DNA of 64,000 nt, taken from assembly GCA_964500725.1 (NCBI GenBank), contig CAZCNP010000005.1:6348-70347 (forward strand). Direction: 5' to 3'. The position numbers and the translations under genes are program-made. The DNA comes from an uncultured Gammaproteobacteria bacterium. GTDB lineage: Bacteria > Patescibacteriota > Microgenomatia > Daviesbacterales > UBA10151. Every line of letters begins with the position of its first letter. Positions within the stretch are counted from its first letter, which is position 1. A model generated the notes under the pieces. It saw only the letters and a list, made by a program, of their open reading frames with translations, was not told the DNA's origin and did not search any database. Positions 18,410 through 26,956 of this stretch are shown in pieces.

Positions 18410-18819
18410 ATGTAATTTTTTCTGATTGAACTTCTGTCAGGATATCTGCTTTGAGATGTGTAGTGTAATCCTTTATACTTTGCTAGCACAGAGAAGATTT
18501 TTTTAAAACCTGTTTCAATACATTCATCAATAGTTTTACCTTTAAAGTCAGCATAAAATCTGCTTTTGTTTAGCCTAAATGAAATTGACCCTTCATAATA
18601 TGCTACAGCTGGCTTTTTATCAGCATAAGTTTTCTCTTTCTCGTGTCTAGTTCTGGGTGGATGATACTTATCAATATTTTTCCTGATTGTAAAACGCAAC
18701 AAAAGCAAATCATCCTCTACATTAGGCAGCTTCTGTTCAATTTTTGCCAAGTACCTATTAATACACCTGCGAGAACTGTCTGGAACTTCACAATTTATTG
18801 CAGTCAGCTGGAAGATCAT
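18406..18819 (-). CDS. hpf: ribosome hibernation promoting factor / RaiA (S30AE) family protein
   Basis: Beta-alpha-beta-beta-beta-alpha pattern (…LLLRFTIRKN…YYEGSISFRL…ADFKGKTIDECIETGFKKI…) consistent with S30AE family; 137 aa. Confidence 0.55.
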   Translation of the reverse strand: MIFQLTAINCEVPDSSRRCINRYLAKIEQKLPNVEDDLLLLRFTIRKNIDKYHPPRTRHEKEKTYADKKPAVAYYEGSISFRLNKSRFYADFKGKTIDECIETGFKKIFSVLAKYKGLHYTSQSRYPDRSSIRKNYI

Positions 18820-19173
18820 AAATTCATCCTAGGGTTAAATCGTGAAAAATGGTTGAAAGGTTGGTAAGAAAACAGCAAGGTTTTACCCACCTCTTACCGT
18901 TCTCAGAATTTATTTTGTTAAAAAAAGTCCATACTAAGCCTAATATGATTGAAGCAACTGCTTTTTTACCGCATGACTATGAGGCTTTAGCAAAGGCTGG
19001 CTTTAGAATTTGTTCTCTTAAGCAATGCAGGATAGCATAGTTGAGGAATATTTGAAGGAGGTGAGAGGTTATACCCGCGCCTAAAAGATTGCTGAAAAGG
19101 CAGATAGGGGAACCTATCTGCTGACAGCCTGTCAAACTTACCAGCATACAAATGCTATTGAAAAATTGAAAAG

Positions 19174-19590
19174 ATGAAAACAATTACCGTTGAAACTAAG
19201 AAACTAAAAGAGGTGGTAAATATCGCGCCTAACATTGAGGAGCTTTTAAAAAAGCATCCTGCTCAGGATGGCATGATGCACCTTTTTCTAAAGCATTCAA
19301 CAGCAGCCCTCACTACTGCCTATATTGAGGAAGGAATAGATTTGGATTTGATTGGAGCCTTGGATGTGATGATTCCCCACACTATTACAAGCATAGGGAA
19401 ACATCATACTCACCACTTCAGCCACCTGCCTGCCCATATTACTGCCTCAATGCTGGGACCGCATCTGGCTGTGCCTATTGAGAAAAATAAGCTAATCCTT
19501 GGTTTGTACCAATCTTTAGTGATGGTGGAACTTAATGGCCCAAGAAAAAGGGAAATTGTAGTAGATTACAAAGAAAAAAGGAAGGAATAG
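19174..19590 (+). CDS. yjbQ: YjbQ/UPF0047 family protein (secondary thiamine-phosphate synthase-like)
   Basis: HHTHHFSHLPAHI matches YjbQ signature HxHxxxxHxxAHI; 138 aa. Confidence 0.75.
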   Translation: MKTITVETKKLKEVVNIAPNIEELLKKHPAQDGMMHLFLKHSTAALTTAYIEEGIDLDLIGALDVMIPHTITSIGKHHTHHFSHLPAHITASMLGPHLAVPIEKNKLILGLYQSLVMVELNGPRKREIVVDYKEKRKE

Positions 19591-19760
19591 CTGATGTATT
19601 TCAAAGATAGATTAGAGGCTGGAAGAAAATGTGATTGCTGTACCTGTAGCACCTTGGGAAGAAGTTGAGCAGTTTCTAGGATCAATTGGAGCCTATTATC
19701 AGAATTTTGCTCCTGCGGAGGACAAAGATGTAATAAAAATCATGAGGGAGGTAAAAAGTT

Positions 19761-20729
19761 ATGGTGGTATTCTCATTTCCGCAATTTAACAGATATACTC
19801 AATTCTTAAAAGGACTGCCTGAGTATAAATTAGGACGTTTTCAAATTGACCGTTTTCCCAATAGGGAAATTTATGCCAAAATCAATACCAATGTAGCAGA
19901 CCAGGACTGTTTAATCTTAGGTTCTATCTCTCCTCCTGATGAGAATCTAATATCTTTGCTTTTTCTGGCCCATACCTTAAAAAAGGAATTAACCTCCAAA
20001 ATTACTGCCTTTCTTCCTTACCTTGCTTATGCCAGACAAGACAAAATTAAAAAGGGGGAAAGTTTGGCAACCTCTACAATTGGTGAAATATTTAGGGCTT
20101 CCCATATTGATGAGGTGGTAATCATTGATATCCACAGTTCAAAAGTGGAAAGTTTATTTCCTTTACCCATCCATAATTTATCTCCTGCCTCAGTTTTTGC
20201 CAAAGAAATTGCCAAGTTAAAGCTTAAGAACCCTAGCTTTATAGCCCCTGATGAAGGTGCTGTTGAAAGAACTCAACAAGTAGCAAAAGAGCTTGGAATA
20301 AGAGCTGGTATTGCTTACATGGAGAAAAAAAGAATGCCCTCTGGCGTTAAGTCTATTTTACATGGTCATACTGGGGATAATGCTATTTTGATTGATGATA
20401 TTTTAGATACTGGCGGTACTCTTGTATCCTGCTGTGAAATATTAAAATCTAAAGGAGTTAAAAATATAAATATTTTTGTCACTCATGGGCTGTTTACTGG
20501 CAATTTATGGCAGCATTTATTTGATTTAAATGTCAGAACAATCTTTTGCACTGATTCTGTGCCTCAAGCGGTCAATTTGCAATCAGAAAACCTCAAAATA
20601 CTCTCAATCAAGCCTATTTTGAAAGAATACATTGCTCATATTAAAAAAATCCAAAAGGAAGCAAAAAGGGTTTTAAGAAAAGCGGACAAGGAACAAGAAG
20701 ATTATTTCCTAGGAGAAGAGGTAGGGTAA
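19761..20729 (+). CDS. prs: ribose-phosphate pyrophosphokinase (PRPP synthetase)
   Basis: VVIIDIHS, DDILDTGGTL PRPP-binding loop; 322 aa. Confidence 0.8.
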   Translation: MVVFSFPQFNRYTQFLKGLPEYKLGRFQIDRFPNREIYAKINTNVADQDCLILGSISPPDENLISLLFLAHTLKKELTSKITAFLPYLAYARQDKIKKGESLATSTIGEIFRASHIDEVVIIDIHSSKVESLFPLPIHNLSPASVFAKEIAKLKLKNPSFIAPDEGAVERTQQVAKELGIRAGIAYMEKKRMPSGVKSILHGHTGDNAILIDDILDTGGTLVSCCEILKSKGVKNINIFVTHGLFTGNLWQHLFDLNVRTIFCTDSVPQAVNLQSENLKILSIKPILKEYIAHIKKIQKEAKRVLRKADKEQEDYFLGEEVG

Positions 20730-21425
20730 ATGAAAAACCTGGATACACCAAAAGACAATCTTGATAAAAAATATACTGTAGATGTTCCTACAGACGGGTC
20801 ATCTGTTAAAGGAGTGCTAAGGATTCCTCATATGCCAAGGGGTATAGTTTTATTTGTTCATGGCAGCGGTAGCGGCAGACATAGCCCCAGAAACAACTAT
20901 GTTGCTGGAGTGTTAAGAAAAGCCAAGGTTGCCACTTTGCTATTTGATTTACTGACTGATGAGGAAGATTCAGTTTATGAAAACAGGTTTAATATAGACC
21001 TTCTAACTGAACGTCTTTTGACAGCTACTGCCTGGACTCAAAAAAATCCTCAGCTTAGAGGTTTAAAAATAGGATATTTTGGAGCTTCCACTGGAGCAGC
21101 AGCAGCTTTAAATGCTGCAAGGGTAGTAGGTCCTAGTATTAAAGCTATAGTCATCAGAGGCGGCAGACCGGACTTAGCTTTGGATCAAATCCGTGATGTC
21201 AAATCAGCCACTCTACTTATTGTCGGCGAAAATGACCCTCAAGTAATAGGTTTAAACCAGCAGGCTTATTTAGCTCTAAATACCACTAAAAAGCTGGAAA
21301 TTATCCCAAAGGCTGCCCATCTTTTTGAGGAACCAGGAGCTTTAGAAAAAGTAGCAGATCTGGCCTCATCATGGTTTAGAAAATACTTAACTCACAACTT
21401 CAAAGAACCTTTTAGAAAACCTTAA
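20730..21425 (+). CDS. alpha/beta hydrolase (dienelactone hydrolase-like)
   Basis: VLFVHGSGSGRHSPRN, GxSxG-type nucleophile elbow (FGASTGAAAA); 231 aa. ATGA start-stop overlap with prs. Confidence 0.6.
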   Translation: MKNLDTPKDNLDKKYTVDVPTDGSSVKGVLRIPHMPRGIVLFVHGSGSGRHSPRNNYVAGVLRKAKVATLLFDLLTDEEDSVYENRFNIDLLTERLLTATAWTQKNPQLRGLKIGYFGASTGAAAALNAARVVGPSIKAIVIRGGRPDLALDQIRDVKSATLLIVGENDPQVIGLNQQAYLALNTTKKLEIIPKAAHLFEEPGALEKVADLASSWFRKYLTHNFKEPFRKP

Positions 21426-21426
21426 T

Positions 21427-22155
21427 GTGATGTACAAGTTGACAAAATTTTTCTACTTTGCTAGAGTAAAAAGAATGTCCAAATCTTATCTGCCAAAAGC
21501 CTCCACAATCTTAGTAAGCGCTTTTCTATTTACTACTCTTGTTTCTCCTGCTTTTGCTGTTGGTATATCCGCCACAGTGGAGGGTCCTGAAGTTAAACTA
21601 GATGCTAGCTCAGCTGCAGCTGTTAGGGCTAAATTGAACCAGAAAGCAGAGATAAGAAAAGAAAATATTCAGGAAAAAATAGCCTCCAGAACCGCTGTTT
21701 TGAAAGAAAAGCTTGCAGCATTCAAGGATCAACAAAAAGCCCAAATAGCAGAAAGAATAAATGCTAACCTAAATGCTATTAATCAAAACCAAACATCACA
21801 GATGCAAAGACATCTAGATTTAATGGCTACCATATTAGGTAAATTGGAATCCCGCGTAAATGAAGGCGCGCCCGATGTCAAGAATTCAACTGCAGCCCAA
21901 GCTGCAATTACCGAAGCAAAGGATACCATCGCTACTGCCTCTGCTGCAGTATCTGAACAAACTCAAAAGACCTATACAATACAGGTTACAACTGAAAGTA
22001 GGATTAGGACAGCTGCCAAAACTCAAAGAGACAAACTGCATAAGGATTTACAAACTACCAGAAAAGCAGTGATAGATGCCAAACAAGCAGTGGCAAATGC
22101 TATCAGAACTGCTAAAGCAGAAGTAAAGGAGGCAACCAGTAGTGGACAACAATAA
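21427..22155 (+). CDS. secreted alpha-helical/coiled-coil protein
   Basis: Signal peptide (LVSAFLFTTLVSPAFA) then Ala/Lys/Gln-rich helical repeats; 242 aa. Confidence 0.35.
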   Translation: MMYKLTKFFYFARVKRMSKSYLPKASTILVSAFLFTTLVSPAFAVGISATVEGPEVKLDASSAAAVRAKLNQKAEIRKENIQEKIASRTAVLKEKLAAFKDQQKAQIAERINANLNAINQNQTSQMQRHLDLMATILGKLESRVNEGAPDVKNSTAAQAAITEAKDTIATASAAVSEQTQKTYTIQVTTESRIRTAAKTQRDKLHKDLQTTRKAVIDAKQAVANAIRTAKAEVKEATSSGQQ

Positions 22156-22546
22156 CCCAGCCCCAACAAATACAGTACCACAGTACCAACCCGCAGGAGG
22201 ATTACCTAATATGCAGCAGCCTCCCCAGGCTTCTGTTCCGCAAGCCCCCTTAGCCAGCACAAATACTCCCACAGCTCCTTTCTCGGAGAAGAAAATATTA
22301 ATGTGGTTTGGAATTGGCTTTTTAGTAATAGCTATAATAGTCGGGGGAGCATATTTTTACCTAAGTAGACAACAATCAACACCAACAGGAACTATTACTC
22401 AAGTATCAAATCCCCAACCAGTAGTACAACCCACCCCAAAACCTGAAGATACTGTTGACGCCTTAGACAGAGATCTAAGCGCTCTTAATTTAGAAGATAC
22501 TAGCAGTAATTTTACCTCTGTGGATGAGGACCTTGAACAACTTTGA
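22142..22546 (+). CDS. Pro/Gln-rich single-pass membrane protein
   Basis: Low-complexity N-terminus, one TM helix (ILMWFGIGFLVIAIIVGGAYFYL); 134 aa. Confidence 0.3.
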   Translation: MDNNNPAPTNTVPQYQPAGGLPNMQQPPQASVPQAPLASTNTPTAPFSEKKILMWFGIGFLVIAIIVGGAYFYLSRQQSTPTGTITQVSNPQPVVQPTPKPEDTVDALDRDLSALNLEDTSSNFTSVDEDLEQL

Positions 22547-23453
22547 TTCTTACCAGGAAAGCAATTGTCCTAAGGAAGGTGTTTTCAGATTTTTGCTGGC
22601 TATTTTTATCATAGCAGCAGGTATATTTGTCCTTTTTAATTCACTTTTTGGATCAAAGAATAAACCAACCCACCTTAGTCCAAACCTCTTAAAAGAAACT
22701 GTAGAAAAATCACTGGAGGGAAGCAATGGAACTTATGCAATAGTTATTACAGATTTAAAAGGCCAAGAAAAGTATACTTTAAACGAGCATAAAACTTTTA
22801 GCGCTGGAAGTTTATATAAATTATGGGTAATGGCAACAGTATTTGAAAAAATTCAAGCAGGGGAGCTAAAGGAGGGTCTGCTTTTAAGTGAGAGTATCAG
22901 TAATTTAAATGCAGAATTCAATATAGATCCTGAATTGGCTGAACAAACAGAAGGCACAATTAGCTTAACAGTTAAGGATGCCCTAAACCAAATGATTGTG
23001 ATTTCACACAACTATGCAGCGCTTGCCTTAACTAAAAAAGTAAAACTATCCTCTGTAGCTGCTTTTGTCAAAAAGGCAGAGTTAACTGATTCAAAAGTAG
23101 GTTATGATGGGGGAGATCCTTTAACTTCTGCAGCAGATACAGCCCTCTTTTTTGAAAAATTATATAAAGGTGAGTTAGGTAATGAGGAAACTACTAATAA
23201 AATGATCTCTCTGCTTAAAAAGCAACTGTTAAATGATAAAATACCTAAATATTTGCCAGCCAAAGATACAACAGTTGCTCATAAAACAGGAGAGATTGGC
23301 TGGTTTAGCCATGATGGAGGAATTATTTTTACTTCTTTTGGGGATTATATTCTGGTAATTTTATCAGAAAACAGCTCCCCTGCTGGGGCAAATGAAAGAA
23401 TAGCCCAAGTTTCAAAGGATGTTTATGGGTACTTTAAACAAAAAGCAAAATGA
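22524..23453 (+). CDS. class A beta-lactamase-like / penicillin-binding fold serine hydrolase
   Basis: SLYK (SxxK), SHN (SDN-loop variant), HKTGE (KTG) motifs in canonical order; 309 aa. Confidence 0.65.
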   Translation: MRTLNNFDSYQESNCPKEGVFRFLLAIFIIAAGIFVLFNSLFGSKNKPTHLSPNLLKETVEKSLEGSNGTYAIVITDLKGQEKYTLNEHKTFSAGSLYKLWVMATVFEKIQAGELKEGLLLSESISNLNAEFNIDPELAEQTEGTISLTVKDALNQMIVISHNYAALALTKKVKLSSVAAFVKKAELTDSKVGYDGGDPLTSAADTALFFEKLYKGELGNEETTNKMISLLKKQLLNDKIPKYLPAKDTTVAHKTGEIGWFSHDGGIIFTSFGDYILVILSENSSPAGANERIAQVSKDVYGYFKQKAK

Positions 23454-24541
23454 AAAAAGTATTCTTGGTTATTTTACTAATTATTCTGGGGATTCTGGGA
23501 TTTGTGCTGCTTAGCAATCAAAAAAAACTTTCAGTTAGCCAAAATCAACCATCTGCAACAAGCCAGGAAGAAAAAAATATAGAAGTTATAGCTGATAACT
23601 TAGATATTCCTTGGGAAGCTATATTCCTGCCTGATGGAGAAATATTAGTTACCCAAAGGCCAGGAACTTTACTGTTAGTAAAGGGCAAAGAACAAATCCC
23701 CATAGAAGGGGTTGAACATATTGGGGAAGGAGGACTTTTGGGTTTAACAATTCATCCAGATTTTGCTGAAAATAAATTTATTTATCTTTATTTAACCTCC
23801 CAAACTTCAGGAAGACTTACCAACAGAGTTGAGCGATATATGTGGGAAAGCAATCAGCTTTCTGATAGAAAAGTAATTTTAGAAGGGATTGCTGGAGCTT
23901 CAAATCATGATGGGGGCAGAATTGCTTTTGGTCCAGACAATCTGCTTTATATTACAACTGGTGATGCAGAAAATCCCGAGTCTGCTCAGAATAGAAATTC
24001 GTTAAATGGAAAAATATTAAGGATTAAAGATGATGGCAGTATTCCAGAGGATAATCCATTTAGGAATGCTATTTACTCATATGGCCACAGAAATTCACAA
24101 GGATTAGCTTGGGATGACCAAGGCAGACTGTGGGCTACTGAGCATGGTCGCTCAGGGATACAATCTGGGCTTGATGAGCTGAATTTAATAGAAAAAGGTA
24201 AAAATTATGGCTGGCCTATTATACAAGGGGATGAGACAAGGAAAGGGATGGTCTCTCCAGTAATTCACTCTGGCCCAAATAATACTTGGGCTCCTTCTGG
24301 GGCAGTTTTTTATCAGGGAAATATTTTTTTTACAGGTTTAAGGGGAGAAGCCTTATATAGATATAATATTTCTGATAAATCTATAAAGGAATACTTTAAA
24401 GGAGACTTTGGCAGGTTAAGAACTGTTAAAATAGGCCCAGATAATAATTTCTACATCCTAACAAACAACACAGATGGAAGAGGAACTCCTAAGCAAGGTG
24501 ATGATAAATTAATAAAAATAAATCCTGAACTGCCTAATTAA
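23450..24541 (+). CDS. soluble quinoprotein glucose/sorbosone dehydrogenase-like beta-propeller (PQQ-dependent sugar dehydrogenase family)
   Basis: HDGGRIAFGPDNLLYITTGD, LNGKILRI, GHRNSQGLAWD motifs typical of SGDH family; N-terminal anchor; 363 aa. Confidence 0.7.
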   Translation: MKKVFLVILLIILGILGFVLLSNQKKLSVSQNQPSATSQEEKNIEVIADNLDIPWEAIFLPDGEILVTQRPGTLLLVKGKEQIPIEGVEHIGEGGLLGLTIHPDFAENKFIYLYLTSQTSGRLTNRVERYMWESNQLSDRKVILEGIAGASNHDGGRIAFGPDNLLYITTGDAENPESAQNRNSLNGKILRIKDDGSIPEDNPFRNAIYSYGHRNSQGLAWDDQGRLWATEHGRSGIQSGLDELNLIEKGKNYGWPIIQGDETRKGMVSPVIHSGPNNTWAPSGAVFYQGNIFFTGLRGEALYRYNISDKSIKEYFKGDFGRLRTVKIGPDNNFYILTNNTDGRGTPKQGDDKLIKINPELPN

Positions 24542-24863
24542 CTTCTAGCAATTCTACTTCAAAAATGAGGGTTGAATTTGGAGAAATAATACCTATTTCT
24601 CTGTCACCATAAGCCAGCTGAGGAGGAATAGTAAGTTTTCTTTTACCTCCAACTTTCATCCCAACTACTCCCATATCCCAACCCTCAATTACCTCACCCA
24701 CACCAATCCTGGTTTTAAAAGGTTCACCTCTGTCATAAGAACTATCAAACTTAGTCCCATTTTCTAAAGTACCAAGGTAATGGATAGCTATATAATCTCC
24801 ACTAGTAACCTCATTACCTTCGCCTTCTTTTAAATCCTCAATTTTAAACTTAGTGTCTGGCAT
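24534..24863 (-). CDS. FKBP-type peptidyl-prolyl cis-trans isomerase
   Basis: GDYIAIHYLGTLENGTKFDSSYDRGEPF...GVGEVIEGWDMGVVGMKVGGKRKLTIPPQLAYG; 109 aa. Confidence 0.85.
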   Translation of the reverse strand: MPDTKFKIEDLKEGEGNEVTSGDYIAIHYLGTLENGTKFDSSYDRGEPFKTRIGVGEVIEGWDMGVVGMKVGGKRKLTIPPQLAYGDREIGIISPNSTLIFEVELLEVN

Positions 24864-24988
24864 GGAATAGTTAGTTTACTGAAAAAACGCGGATTTTTCT
24901 AGTACTAAAAGTCTTAAAAGGAGCGGGGTATGTAAATTATTTTGAACTAATCCTAGTTAATTACCTTCATTTTAGCAATTTAACGGGG

Positions 24989-25435
24989 ATGTATAATTAT
25001 CCTATGAAGTTAAAATCATACGTTAAACCCAAACCCTGGTTTTTTACATTCATTCCTAAACTGAATACATACACTGCTAATTCAATATATCCCTACATCT
25101 TTCTTCCAAAAGATATCTATATAAATTTAAGCACAAACAACCCTAATCCATATTATGTAGCCCTTCTTATACACGAAGAAACACATTATGTAAGACAAAA
25201 ACATGTTGGTGTATTTATTTTTGCACTAAAATATTTATTTAATTCAAAGTTCCGTAAAAAAGAAGAGTTATTAGCAGCAAAAGAAGCTATTAAATACCTA
25301 AAAAAACAAGGTATTTCTTTTAACTTTAATGAGCATGAGAGGAATTCATCCAATTATTTATATTTATACCCAATTTCAAAATACTATAACTATGATGAAG
25401 AAAAACTTCAGAAAGTATGGAGTGAGGTTGCGTAA
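24989..25435 (+). CDS. small HExxH-motif protein (putative minimal zinc metallopeptidase), very AT-rich codon usage
   Basis: LLIHEETHYVRQ HExxH motif; 148 aa; Y/N/K-rich composition unlike neighbours. Confidence 0.35.
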   Translation: MYNYPMKLKSYVKPKPWFFTFIPKLNTYTANSIYPYIFLPKDIYINLSTNNPNPYYVALLIHEETHYVRQKHVGVFIFALKYLFNSKFRKKEELLAAKEAIKYLKKQGISFNFNEHERNSSNYLYLYPISKYYNYDEEKLQKVWSEVA

Positions 25436-25555
25436 TTTGAGTAGGAAATTATCTGATAGTTCGATTCCTATGTCTTCGAAATTTAGTTTCATATAGCTTA
25501 CTCATTAGTAGGAATGGGGTTGCTTACTTCCAAATTTATAAGGCAGCTGTGTATA

Positions 25556-25948
25556 TTAAAGATCAGATTGGGGAGTAAAGTGTAACTCAGGAGGAATGTC
25601 TACCCTGGCTTTTTCTTCCAGTGTTTCCAGCCTTTGTTCTGCTTTCCTGATATTAGTATCATTTGCTTGATATGAATCAGCATAACCTTTGATTGTGCTT
25701 TCAAGCTCCACTGTTGCTGCAGTACTAGCATCAACTCTTTCATTTAATCTCTTAAGTCCTGTATCTGGATCATCTAATTTTTTACCTAAATCATCAAGTT
25801 TTTTATTCATTACAGATAACTGATCTCTCATCAGTTGAATTGAAGCTCCTTGGTTTGTTCTATTTATCTCTGACAAATCAACTTTATGTTTTATAATCTC
25901 AAGAAGTTCTTTAAGCCCATCAATTTTTTTGGAATCATCATCTGTCAT
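25556..25948 (-). CDS. small coiled-coil protein (paralogous family member 3 of 3)
   Basis: 130 aa. Shares TIKGYADSYQAN...RLETLEEK...IPPELHFTP block with ORF 11463..11726. Confidence 0.4.
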   Translation of the reverse strand: MTDDDSKKIDGLKELLEIIKHKVDLSEINRTNQGASIQLMRDQLSVMNKKLDDLGKKLDDPDTGLKRLNERVDASTAATVELESTIKGYADSYQANDTNIRKAEQRLETLEEKARVDIPPELHFTPQSDL

Positions 25949-26202
25949 TCTTTAATAGTAATTAATCGAATAATAAAAAACAATTAGGATTTTATATATC
26001 AAACTAGCCAAAATCTGGTAGGTTAGTTGTTTAAGCTTCTTAAGCGATCTTAATTTTTCTTGAAGCGGGTGAGGCCTACCCGCATCGCTTCGCATAGCGA
26101 GGCGGGCAGGGGAGTAAAGAAACTTACTTTTTCTTTCAGAAAAAGAGCGGACAGCTTCCCACTACGTGGGGCGCATTCCAACTACCTACCTACCCTTTAA
26201 AC

Positions 26203-26232
26203 AAAAAACCGATCTCAAGGATCGGATTTTTT
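26203..26232 (-). terminator. bidirectional rho-independent terminator (A6-CCGATC-TCAAG-GATCGG-T6) immediately 3' of tRNA-Gly
   Basis: aaaaaaCCGATCtcaagGATCGGatttttt seen directly. Confidence 0.65.
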
Positions 26233-26240
26233 GATTTAAG

Positions 26241-26312
26241 AGCGGGTGAGGGGAGTCGGACCCCTTACGTCCACTTTGGAAAAGTGGCATTCTACCGGTG
26301 AATTACACCCGC
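26241..26312 (-). tRNA. tRNA-Gly (anticodon TCC)
   Basis: Reverse complement GCGGGTGTAATTCACCGGTAGAATGCCACTTTTCCAAAGTGGACGTAAGGGGTCCGACTCCCCTCACCCGCT; anticodon loop TTTCCAA. Confidence 0.9.
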
Positions 26313-26342
26313 ATTATTTCTTTGTCAAATAACTTTTATTTA

Positions 26343-26492
26343 ACTCCTAAGTGTTTTATCGAAACTTCGTTTCGTGGCATTCTTCCTGGGATAACTTCTA
26401 AATTCTAAGATGTATGCTGAACGCATACTTGTTTGTTGTTATCCCGTTAAAGTCGGTTTACGACTTTAACCCCCTGAATTACACCCGCATTC
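26343..26492 (-). other. tRNA-Gly-derived structured element: copy of the tRNA-Gly 5' acceptor/D-arm (GCGGGTGTAATTCA) and D/anticodon junction (GAATGCCAC), interrupted by about 100 nt forming several perfect hairpins
   Basis: Minus-strand read: GCGGGTGTAATTCAGGGGG-[GTTAAAGTCG/CGACTTTAAC 10-bp stem]-[GGGATAAC...GTTATCCC 8-bp long-range stem enclosing GTATGC/GCATAC hairpin]-AGGAAGAATGCCAC-[CGAAAC-GAA-GTTTCG]. Does not fold as a complete tRNA. Confidence 0.35.
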
Positions 26493-26532
26493 AATAGTGA
26501 TATTTTAATTTTAAATGGAAAAAAACGCAAGA

Positions 26533-26862
26533 TTAGAGTAGTTCTTCAATCTTTGCTGCTAGGATAAAATCATTTTCAGATAAGCCTCTGATATGGTGTG
26601 TAGTTAAAGAAATTACTACTTTATTGTAGTAAATATACATATCTGGATGATGCCCCTCTTCCTCAGCTATCTCTGCAACTCTATTTACAAACTGCATAGC
26701 CTCTTTAAAATCCTTAAATTTAAACTCATGTTTTATGGTTCTATTACTGGATACCTCCCAAGGAAGTTTTAGCTCCTTGAGGAATTTCCCATATTCCTCA
26801 GGTTTTAATGGGGGAGTCCCTATCTCACAAGGCACACATTTTTTATTACTTAATGAATCCAT
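26533..26862 (-). CDS. phhB: pterin-4a-carbinolamine dehydratase (PCD/DCoH)
   Basis: EEGHHPD signature ([EDKH]-x-H-H-P) and overall PCD length (109 aa). Confidence 0.85.
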   Translation of the reverse strand: MDSLSNKKCVPCEIGTPPLKPEEYGKFLKELKLPWEVSSNRTIKHEFKFKDFKEAMQFVNRVAEIAEEEGHHPDMYIYYNKVVISLTTHHIRGLSENDFILAAKIEELL

Positions 26863-26956
26863 ATTTAAAGATTATACCTAAATAAAGAGAAATTCTGTAA
26901 GCGAAATCACTTTAAGTTTTTACAATATTCTTAAATAGATTTGCTAAACTACAAAT

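Noticed and set aside
18240-19183. Further embedded antisense ORFs: 18240..18425, 18643..18867, 18849..19040, 18977..19183
   Set aside because: Each lies inside and opposite a longer ORF with clear homology. No independent signals.
19639-19797. GTG-initiated ~52-aa ORF upstream of and overlapping the prs start
   Set aside because: No ribosome-binding site or homology signal. Overlaps the better-supported prs N-terminus region.
26343-26492. Second tRNA-Gly gene or intron-containing tRNA
   Set aside because: Only the 5' acceptor/D-stem and a short D/anticodon junction piece match. No D-stem 3' strand, anticodon arm, T-arm or acceptor 3' strand follows. Reported instead as a tRNA-derived structured element.
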